This document shows positions 53,270 through 64,000 of a stretch of DNA of 64,000 nucleotides, piece by piece. How positions within the stretch are numbered: position 1 is the first letter of the stretch; each line of letters starts with the position of its first letter. A program made the translations under genes and the position numbers. The notes under the pieces were generated by a model that searched no databases, was not told the DNA's origin, and saw only the letters and a list, made by a program, of their open reading frames with translations. Source of the stretch: the human T2T-CHM13v2.0 reference genome, Homo sapiens; assembly GCF_009914755.1 (NCBI RefSeq), contig NC_060937.1, one strand, 5' to 3'.

Positions 53270-54278
53270 AAAAATAATCAGATTTTTAAATGGGCAAAAG
53301 AACTGAATAGACATTTCTCAAAAGAAGACATATAAATTCCCAAAAGGCATATTTAAGAAGTGTTCAAATCAGTAATTACCAGGAAAATGTAAATCAAAAT
53401 CATGATGAAATACCTCCTCACTCCAGTTATAATGACTACTATCAAAAACATAAAAAATAACAAATTCTGGAGAGGATTTCAGAAAGGGGAATTCTTATAC
53501 TCTGTTGATGGGAACTTTAGTTTGTATAGCCATTAGTAAAACGGTATGGTGGTTCCTCAAAAATAAAAATGAAAATAAAAATAAAACTGCCATATGATTC
53601 AGCAATCTCACTAAATGGTACATATGCAAAGGAAATAAAATTAGTACGTTAAACGGATATCTGTATTACAGCATCATTCACAATAGCCAAGATATGAAAT
53701 CAACCTACGTTTTCATCAGTGGATGAATGAAAAAAGGAAATGTGACATATATACACATTGGAATACTATTCATCCACAAAAACGAAATTCTGCCATTTGC
53801 AATGTCATAGATGAACCTGGAGGACATTATGTTTAGTGAAATAAGCCAAGCACAGAAGGACAAATGTTACATGATCTCACTCATATGTGGAATCTAAAAA
53901 AGTTGGATCCCATAGAAGTAGAGAGTACAATAGTGGTTGCAGGGGACTGAGGAAGGTAAGAGGGAGGGGAGAACCAGGAGTGATTGAACAGCAGGTGCTA
54001 TGTTACAATTAGATAAGAATAAGATCTGGTGTACTATTGCACAGTAGGGTGATATAGTTAGTAATTACTTATTGTGTAGTTCAAAACAGCTAACAAAGAG
54101 GATTTTGAATATTCTCACCATAAAGAAATTGTACGTATTTCTGAAGGCTAATATGTTAATTCCTGATTTGATCATTACAGTGTATACACATATGAAAACA
54201 TCACACTGTACGTTAGAAATAGGTACAATTGTGTGTCAATTAAAAATAACGTTAAAAAACAGATTGAGAAAAAAATTT
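53270..54278 (+). mobile_element. L1MA 3' end
   Basis: ATGGGCAAAAGAACTGAATAGACATTTCTCAAAAGAAGAC, through a 3' UTR with TATTGCACAGTAGGGTGA and TGTGTCAATTAAAAATAA. Confidence 0.9.
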
Positions 54279-54329
54279 TAAAGCTTAAGAATTATATCAG
54301 CAAAACCCAAAACGTTGAAAATATATCCT

Positions 54330-55760
54330 TTACTATTTCTTTTGGTGAATATCTGTATCCCAAAGCCTTTTATTTTGCCCTTATAGTGAATGCTAATTCA
54401 CCCCAACTTTAAGTTCTAGACTAAACATGATTTTCTTTATTATTTTCATTTCAATTTTAATTGTGTTTTGGCATTTAGTTTTGATTTTTTTGATTAAAGA
54501 AAGTATTGCTAGGACAATTGCCATCTTTTGCATATATTCTGTATCTTGCCCATGCTGGCTTCTAACATATTCTCCTTATCCTTGAATAGTTTCTTCTTTT
54601 ACTGTCATGTATCTAGATTAGAATTAATTTATTTGCTTGGCACTGACATGCATTTCAGTTTAAGAATCTAAATTACCAAGTTTCTGTGGTCTTTCTTTTT
54701 TAGAAACTTCTATTGAACATTTAAAGAAACTTCTTAATCTAGCACTCATACTTTTACATTGAACTTTTATTTATTTAACATTTACTTACCTCTGTCTTGC
54801 ATCTTAATTTCTCAGGATCATCTCATTCCCATTTGGAATATTTTGATTGTTCTTGTTGGTAATAGACTGGTTGGTTTTATTTTGTTTCTGCCTTTTTTGC
54901 AAGAATTAATTTTTACCTCTATTATCCCTCTGTTTATCTCTTTGAAGAAACCAACATACTCATATTAAAGTGTATTATACACATATTTTATTTGAAATTC
55001 ACACATATTCTGCTTTGTTAATGTACGTCCTTCTTAACATTAGGTATATGTACATATTATGCCCAGTTGGATTTATTTGTGTGAAATTATATTTTGATCA
55101 TTTTTCCATTACTTGCTTTCTCCTTCTATACCTTCATCCTGTCCAGCTTTATTATTTCTTTTTTCAGTTAGCTGTTCCCTGTGGCCTTCTGTCCAAAATA
55201 TAGGTCTTTAATCTTGGTTTGGGCTGATCTGTGTGCTTACTTTGGGGATGTAGGGAATTTATTCTTCAAAACAGTAGGTGGTTTGACTCAATCCCTGGTC
55301 AAGGGTTTGTGATTTTTCTCTTCCCACCAGCCTAGACTATAGGTTCATAAAAGCTTGAGTTTGGAGCAAAGGTCAGTGTTAGCATTCTGAAGCTTTCTTT
55401 TTGAAGCGTGGGAGGAGAATATGAACTACACATTTGACCTCTAGTTTCCATCCATGAGCTTGACTCCAGTCATTTTTGAATTGAATTTTGAATGAAAGTT
55501 TGTTTTTTTTCTCCTTGTTTCCCTCAGGTTACCTTGCATGAACAGAACTTCTGGCAACTCCTACCCGATTCTAGACCAAGAGAATAAGCTCTGGTGTTAG
55601 CCCTGTTCCCTGCTCTCTATTTTAGTTTTGATCTTTACTCTCAAAGATCTAATTTTGTACAGCTGACTTTTGCATTTTTATTGTACATTTTGTCCAGTAT
55701 TTCCGTGATTTAGAATGAAAATGGGGTGCTTGAAGTTATAATGTTACAATGAATGGAAGT
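54330..55760 (-). mobile_element. Ancient L1M/HAL1-like 5'-ORF1 region
   Basis: T-rich antisense L1 ORF1-type pattern (AAAGCCTTTTATTTTGCCCT..TGAATG; AAGTTCTAGACT). Highly diverged. Confidence 0.4.
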
Positions 55761-55774
55761 TGAAACTTTAATTA

Positions 55775-56216
<442 letters not shown>

Positions 56217-56479
56217 CTAATTTCCACCAAAGTAATGAGAATCTGATTTTTAAACATACACACACATATATTACACATATATGTGTAGTTCAAAAGACAT
56301 TACACTAGGAAAATAATTAGAACAACACAGAGTGAAATGATTAGGAATATTGTTAAGTTTTATGCAATATCGTGGTTTGAATTTTGGTCAAGAAGTGGCA
56401 AAGAATTCATAACAAATCTACGCTGGACAAAGAAAAAGTACTAAGAAGATTGAAGGATGCACACAGATATTTGTTTTTG

Positions 56480-56745
56480 AGGACAGACTTTGGCTAATAG
56501 TGCTAGAGGCACAAGATAATTTATGCTCTCTTCCTCATCTCCAGATTTAAAGAAATCATCACGCCATGAAATCTTGGAAGCTTCTCTTTAGGTAGAGCCA
56601 CATCAACTCTGAATGGCTGCATGGAGGACAAACCCCACCAATAGGTCCCCCTGCTGAGTGTTTTTATGTGAACAAAAAAAAATGTTTATTTTGTTTGAGA
56701 CATTTTACATTTTTGAATTATTTATTAGAGCAGTAAGTCTACAGT
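56480..56745 (+). mobile_element. Old MLT1 LTR fragment
   Basis: CTGAATGGCTGCATGGAG...TGTGAACAAAAAAAAATGTTTATTTTGTTTGAGACA motifs. Confidence 0.45.
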
Positions 56746-56769
56746 CAACAATAGTTTACTTTATACTAC

Positions 56770-57458
56770 TGAAATGGGGAAAGTTGCCTTGTCCCCCTCA
56801 CAGGGCGTAAGACTAGGGTATGGCTGGCTTCTTCAGTGCCCCACTGCTCAAACCTCTAGGGGTTGCCTACAGATGGACAAACTGTGGGGCTCCGACCCCA
56901 ATCCAGTGTTTAGGGGTGAGTGTTTACAGCTGAAGCCCCAGTGGGCATGTGTTACAGGGTGCTCTTTTTGTTTAGTTGTCCATAGGCGGCTTGTGTTCGT
57001 CAGGTCTATTAGACCCCTGCCTTATCGCAAGGACAGAGGTCTTTCTGTATCCTGGGGTTCTTGCCTTGGTGTACCAGAAAAATCAGATCACACATGGGCT
57101 TGGAGAATGAGTGCAAGGTTTTATTGAGTGGAAGTAGCTCTCAGCAGGTGAGGGAGCCATAAGGGAGATGGTTTTCCCCTGATGTTCTCTTGACGTCCAG
57201 CCGCTTGTGTGTTCCTCCATCTATGTGTTCCTCTTGACGTCCAGCCACATGTGTGTCTGCCCTTTAGGGTCTCAGAGTTTTATAGGCACAGAATGGGGAC
57301 ATGAAGGGCGAGGGTTGTCTTGGGAAATGCAACATTTGGGCACAAAGGCAGGAGTACCTGTCCTCACCTAGGTCCACGGACACAGGCTGGAGGTGGAGCC
57401 CTTGCCAGGGACCACACCATTCTCCTCCCATCACTTCCCTGTCCCTCCTTCTGTATCA
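56770..57458 (-). mobile_element. ERV1 solo LTR (LTR1/LTR27/LTR28/MER52 group)
   Basis: TG...CA termini (TGAAATGGG...CTGTATCA), a minus-strand AATAAA near 57120, and a perfect 4-bp TSD CTAC at 56766-56769 and 57459-57462. Confidence 0.85.
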
Positions 57459-58199
57459 CTACCAATCACAATTAATATATCAAACACAATGTTAAGCATT
57501 TGTCTAAACTACCACTTACATATAACTTTTTATAACAACCATAAATAGTTACATTACATAAAATATGCCTAATGTCAATTATCCATTGCTCCATGAATTT
57601 TCATACTTATGAATCACAAAGTTAAATTAACAGAACAGAAACTTAGTTAATGTTCAGGTGCTATAATTCTACTTATATGAGGTATTAGAATGAACACAAA
57701 AGTAATAGATAAGTAACTGGTCACTGATAAACTAGTTTCTACATGGTAAGTAGGTTCTTCACAGTACTAAAATCGTGTCCTGTGAGTTTCTTCCACTTTG
57801 TTAATCTATCCTTATTTTACAGCTCTGATTGCTGTAAAACGTTACTATGAATAAAATTATATAGGATGACCATGGTGTTTTGTTTGTTTTAGTTTGTTTT
57901 CCTTTTTCTATGATTATGTGAATAGTTTGGAAGAGAAAAATATTTAGAAAGGAAGAAAAGATGATTAACAATTTTTTATAGTTTAGATGTGAGGCTGTTT
58001 ATTCACTCATCTGTACATTCAAAATATATATTTATTATTTTGGAGCTATTGCAATAGATGAATGGCAGCAGGAATATTAATGGGAGGAATGATTTAAGAA
58101 GTAATCACATAAGAACATTTGACAAGGCATAAAAACTGCTTAAAATTATAGAAAGGTTGTTTTTTGTTGTTGTTTTTCCAATTTGTGACTTAATGTCTA

Positions 58200-58480
<281 letters not shown>

Positions 58481-59072
58481 TTAATATTTACATCTGTGGG
58501 AAGTTATATGATAATAAACTTCATTAAGTTATAAAACAGTGGGAACTGAATTTTCTCATGTAAATTTTTTCCTCAAAAAACAATTTGTGCCAAAAAATTA
58601 AATTTACAGTAAGACAATCTCTTCCAGAAAAGTTTGTTTCAGTTTGGACATGGTGCATATCTAAGAAGGAAAATGAAGCCAATGTTGAAATTCTTGAAGA
58701 GAAAGAATCTGGTTTTAATCATAGAGGTGATGGTTAAAGCAAATTAGATTAAGTCAATGATGGAGTCCACAAAAAACAAAAGAGAATGAATTATGAAGCC
58801 ACTAATTTATATATTTATATTTTTAATAAAGAATATCTCCTACTTTATATGTATGTGACCTACCTAATCTTATTTGTAACATTTGCTTTGGAGTAATAGT
58901 ATAGCAAGAAGTTTTTAAAAACCTAATATATTGTTTTGAATTCTATTGTATAATGTTTAAATAAATCTAGCGTTTATTATAGTGTACTTACGGGAATTTC
59001 TCAGGCAGATTGGAGTCGTATTAAGTTACAATTCAGTTATAATTTTTTAATCTTTAAGAAATACATTTTGTT

Positions 59073-59371
59073 GTCCTGGCGCAGTGGCTCAAACCTGTAA
59101 TCCCAGCACTTTGGAAGGCCAAGGCAGGCAGATCACGAGGTCAGGAGATCGAGACCATCCTGGCTAACACGGTGAAACCTTGTCTCTACTAAAAATACAA
59201 AAAATTAGCCGGGCTTGGTGGCGGGCGCCTATAGTCCCAGTTACTAGGGAGGCTGAGGCAGGAGAATGGTGTGAACCTGGGAGGCGGAGCTCGGTAGTGA
59301 GCGGAGATCGCGCCACTGCACTCCAGCCTGGGTGACAGAGCAAGACTCCATCTCAAAAAAAAAAAAAAAAG
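59073..59371 (+). mobile_element. AluY
   Basis: GAGATCGAGACCATCCTGGCTAACACGG diagnostic. TSD agaaatacatttt(g/c)tt at 59057-59072 and 59372-59387. Confidence 0.96.
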
Positions 59372-59844
59372 AGAAATACATTTTCTTTTTTGCGTTTTCA
59401 AAGATGAAGAAGAAATAATCGTTTTTTGTTTGCTTGTGACCTAATGAGATCATTTTTGATACACATTTTTAATACACATAAAGACAACACAATTTATCAT
59501 TATTTTAAAAACAGAATTGTCAGTTTCAGTTGTTATAAGTTACTGAGCTAATGCATGGATAAATAAATATTTCTTAAGTGTCCATTTACACACATCATTG
59601 AATGTTGCTTCCATTTCTGTTTTTGATAATCAAATATAAATTTACTTATACAATTTGAAAATATACAATAATATATAATTTAATTCTAAATGAGGTAGCA
59701 AATTTTGGAATTAGGATTTATAATGTTATTAATTATATTCATTGTGAAATTTAATCATGATTTAATTTTCCAAATATTTATATTTTTAAATATTGGCTTT
59801 CTTTGCAATTTTCTAACCAATATTTTTGCTTTCAGTAATTACTC

Positions 59845-60088
59845 TTTTTTTTTTTTAACTTTTCAATTCACAGGTCTATGTGCAGACTTGTAATTGTGTT
59901 TTATGGGGTTTTTTTGTATAGAATATTTCAACACCCAGGTATTAATCCTGGTACCCATTAATTATTTTCCTTGATCTTCTTCCTCCTCCCACCCTCCACT
60001 CTCTGATAGTCCCCAGGGTTTGTTGTTCCCCTCTGTGTGTCCATGTGTTCTAATCATTTAGCTCCCACTTATAAGTAAGAACATGCAG
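59845..60088 (-). mobile_element. Older L1PA 3' end
   Basis: Poly-T then the antisense 3' UTR ...CCTCCTCCCACCCTCCAC...TTAGCTCCCACTTATAAGT. Confidence 0.85.
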
Positions 60089-60106
60089 GAACAGTTGTTA
60101 TTCTTG

Positions 60107-60412
60107 TTGGGCGTTTTTTGTTTTGTTTTGTTTTGAGTCAGAGTCTTGCTCTGTCACTCAAGTTAGAGTGCAATGGCGGAATTATAGCTCACTACAACCT
60201 TAAACTCCTGAGCTCAGGTGATCCTCCCACCTCAGCCTCCGGAGTAGCTGGGACTACAACCATACACCACCACATCTGGCTAATTTTTAAACAGTTTTTG
60301 CGGAGAATAAAAATGTTGCCCAGGCTGGTTTTGAACACCTGACCTCAAGCAGTCCTCCAGCTTCAGCCTCCCGATGTGCTGGGATTAGAGGCATGAGCCA
60401 CCATGCCCAGCC
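60107..60412 (-). mobile_element. AluJ-type SINE
   Basis: ATAGCTCAC, GAGCTCAGGTGATCCTCCCACC. TSD agttgtt(a/t)ttc at 60093 and 60413. Confidence 0.9.
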
Positions 60413-61189
60413 AGTTGTTTTTCAATAATTCATTTTCCAGAGTACTTCTCCATTATTATACTATCATGATTTTGACTTATACATTGCAAAATTTTGTTTT
60501 TATATGTATAGAGCTGCCTTAGACCCGTTGAGTACAAAAGCTCGTTTATCTGTTCAGGTCATAGTAGGCTGAGACACTTGGTGATATTTGTATGTTCTCC
60601 CAGGACAAAGCTAACTTGTAGGAAACTATTCCTCTATAAAAATATATAATGGACATAAAAGTATCTGTTGGTCTTGCAATGCATAATTTTGTTTTTCTAT
60701 ATACATATGGGATATTATGTTAAATATTTATCTTCATTTTAACATGATCAAATTACCTTAATACCTGAGTTTTCTATGTAATATTTTAGCCAATATACAT
60801 GATGAGAGAGTAGCTTCTGGATAACAGGGAAACACGATAGTCAAATCATAAAACTAATATTAATAGTAAAAAACAACAAATCCTGAGTATACTCAATACT
60901 GGGTTCATATAAAGCAAATAGAAATGTATGCAATTTAATTTACTTTTTTATTGTGTATATTTAAAACTAAAAAATAATGTTTTAATATACATCTGTGTAG
61001 TGAAAATATTACTATAGGTAAACAAAATGCCCTTCACTTGAAAACTAAGAATAAAATCCATTCTATTTTTATATATATTTTAAAATTTCAACTATTCATT
61101 CATTTGCATAAATTGATCTGTTTGAAAATATTATTATAATGGATGAGGATTACATAATAGGCTAAAAATGCCTTTAAAAAGCTGCTGAT

Positions 61190-61475
<286 letters not shown>

Positions 61476-63489
61476 TCAACAGCGATTTTTTTTTAATGTA
61501 GGATTTTTTTAAATATAAAAATGCAGATAATACTAATGAAACTTAACATAAGAATCTGTCTTTACCATTGATCTATCAAGAAAAACTAGTAATTGCCAGT
61601 ATTATGCTATAATTTTAGAGGAATGGAATTATAAGAATCTTCTACAAGACATTCAGACCCTGACACTCGTACTATTTGTTTATTTAATTATTGATTTCAG
61701 TAATTCTAAAAATACTAGGAAATTTTCACGTATCAGAATAGTCTGGAGGCATCAACATTGTAATTAGCTTTATGTACGAATTTATAATAGACATTTTTAA
61801 ACTATGGCAGTTCTAAAAGCATATGTTAATTAGCCACGAGCAAGACTGTATATACCTTGCAACTCAAGAAAAATATAACTGGTTTAATTTCTATATCTTT
61901 GGACAATACATGGGGCAAGTCAGCACCATGCTAGAATACATGCCAGATGCTGCTGCTGCTGCACAGATCACGATTTGAATGTTGAAGTGCTAGACTCCCT
62001 ACTTTCTCAGTTGCCTCATTTTATACATAGTAAGTATATCATATACCTAAAGTTATACTGTGTACTTCTTACATAGACATACCCATAGCTTAATATAGTG
62101 GAATCCATAAGGCTTTAGTGAATAGTTGAGGAATTATAACATGATCATCATATCCAAGCCTGCAAGAATGATTATTTGGTTTAGATTTCTCATACTATCT
62201 AATTTGGAATATTTAGAAGAGTGCCAAAAACAGTGTATATTGTGGGTTACTTATGAAAATATAGCTGTAAAAATATAATGTTGCAGGCCAGTATTAGTTA
62301 CTGATGTTATTAAAAGATCATATCATTCCCATTAAATTAATAGGCAACTGGATTTTCTTTATAATTTTTGCTCAAACAGGAGAAATTTTTTTGAGAAAAG
62401 ATGAGGAATGTTAATACTGAAAGTCAAACGTCAGCCTCTCTCAGTACAAATTCAAGTACTTTAAACACTTCCATGAAGACCTCCAGAAGATAGAAAATTA
62501 TTATTATCAGAGGGCCATCCGTTATTGAGTACCCACATTTTCAGAAGTCGTCATCTGCTACCCAACCAAAAGTATTCCTTCAGTATTCCTATAGTAATTC
62601 TTAAAAATTTTTGTCATTAGTTTGTCATTTTCCTTGTGAACTTCCTGGTCTTCCCCTTTACACTCTCACACTATTGAATCCACATTTTACTAACATCACA
62701 TAAAGCACTCAAACTTCAGTATGGCTACTGTCTCCAGTGGATTTTGTTTCTTTCATATTATCAGCTGTCAGGAATATCTCCATATTATGGGTTCCGGTAT
62801 CCTGTTACTTCCATTAGCTCCTGAGAAAGTCAAAAGTGAAAGGCAAACATTAAAAGATTCTCTGATTCAACAACATGAGAAGTCAAGCCAAAGTGAGGTA
62901 GTGAGGTTCTTCATAACACTTAGTTACAGAACTGATGTGTTTTCCTTATTACACGCGGACTCTTTGACCCCTTAGTAACCTACATTAGGAGATCAGGATC
63001 CATACTTTTATCTATATTGGAACTTTATCCTAGGCTCCACCCCTTCCTTTTCTGCTCTGCTATATAACATTTTCTTTTTGTATTTTTCCTTTTTTTTCTG
63101 AGTAACACAGTTCCCAAAATCACACACTGATATTGTTTTTTCCAACTCTGAGTTCATAAAAATATTAATAGACTCCACAGGAATATAAAAGTAAAATCAT
63201 GCTTTTTAAATACATTGTTTGGCACTACTACCTGTGATTTCCATCTGGCATGCAGCTATTCTTCAAATATTTCAGTGCATGAAACAGCAGCTAGTTGTCT
63301 GAGTGGATAGTATTAGAATATTCTGGGTTGACGGGAAATTTAGAACAGAGAAGGGAGGTAGGGCAAGGGGAATTATTATGGATGGATGTTGAAAATTGTT
63401 TTTAAATGAAATAATCAAACAATGCATACCTTCTATAATAATATTCAATATGTACAATTGTTTATAAATAACGCTGACAAATATAATTA

Positions 63490-64000
63490 TTAAACCATCC
63501 CTGCATCCCTTGTATAACACTCACTTGCTTATGGTAGATTATCTCTGATATGTTGTTGGATTTGGTTAGCTAGTATTTTGTTAGGGTTTTTAGCATCTAT
63601 GTTCATCAGGAATATCGATCTGTAGCTGTCTTTTTGGCTATGTCCTTTCCTGGTTTTGGTATTAGGGTTATGCTGGCTTCATAGAATGAATTAGAGAGGG
63701 TTCCCTCTTCTCTGTCTTGTGGAATAGTGTCAAAAGGATTGGTACCAATTCTTCTTTGAATGTCTGGTAGAATTCTGCTGTGAATCGCTCTGGTCCTGGA
63801 CCTTTTTTTGTTGGTAGTTTTTAAATTACCATTTCAATCTCTCTGCTTGTTATTGGTCTGTTCAGGGTATCTAATTCTTCCTGATTTAAGCTAGGAAGGT
63901 TGTATTATTGCAGGAATTTATCCATCTCTTCTAGGTTTTCTAGTTCATGTGCATATTGGAGCCTTGAATGATCTTTGGTATTTCTGTGGTGTCAGTTGTA
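63490..64000 (-). mobile_element. Older L1PA/PB ORF2 fragment running off the window
   Basis: Antisense ORF2: AACCATCCCTGCATCCC...GCATCTATGTTCATCAGG...GGTAGAATTCTGCTGTGAATC. Confidence 0.9.

Overview
This is AT-rich primate nuclear DNA. An AluY-type and an L1PA2-type insertion point to a hominid genome, most likely human. It is intergenic or deep-intronic. I find no credible host protein-coding exon, RNA gene or CRISPR-type structure. The listed ORFs are short and fall in repeats, low-complexity DNA or AT-rich background. Recognisable content is almost all transposable elements: 12 Alus, L1 pieces of many ages, L2/L3/MIR relics, MaLR LTRs including a complete THE1A element, several ERV1/ERVL solo LTRs, Tigger elements and a possible hAT relic. 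There is also a heavily decayed class I endogenous retrovirus on the minus strand (~13.0-17.9 kb) with readable protease, RT-start, RNase H, integrase and Env-TM motifs. I found no new biological system. The most interesting observations are local rearrangements: an inverted fold-back copy of THE1A internal sequence at its 3' LTR, a young L1 3' end inserted into an AluY linker with almost no TSD, an apparent micro-inversion of an Alu tail plus TSD, a perfect 15-bp-stem hairpin, and a palindromic minisatellite. A candidate enhancer with a PBX-MEIS/PREP decamer is also noted. Subfamily names come from recalled consensus features, not a database search, and boundaries of old repeats are approximate.
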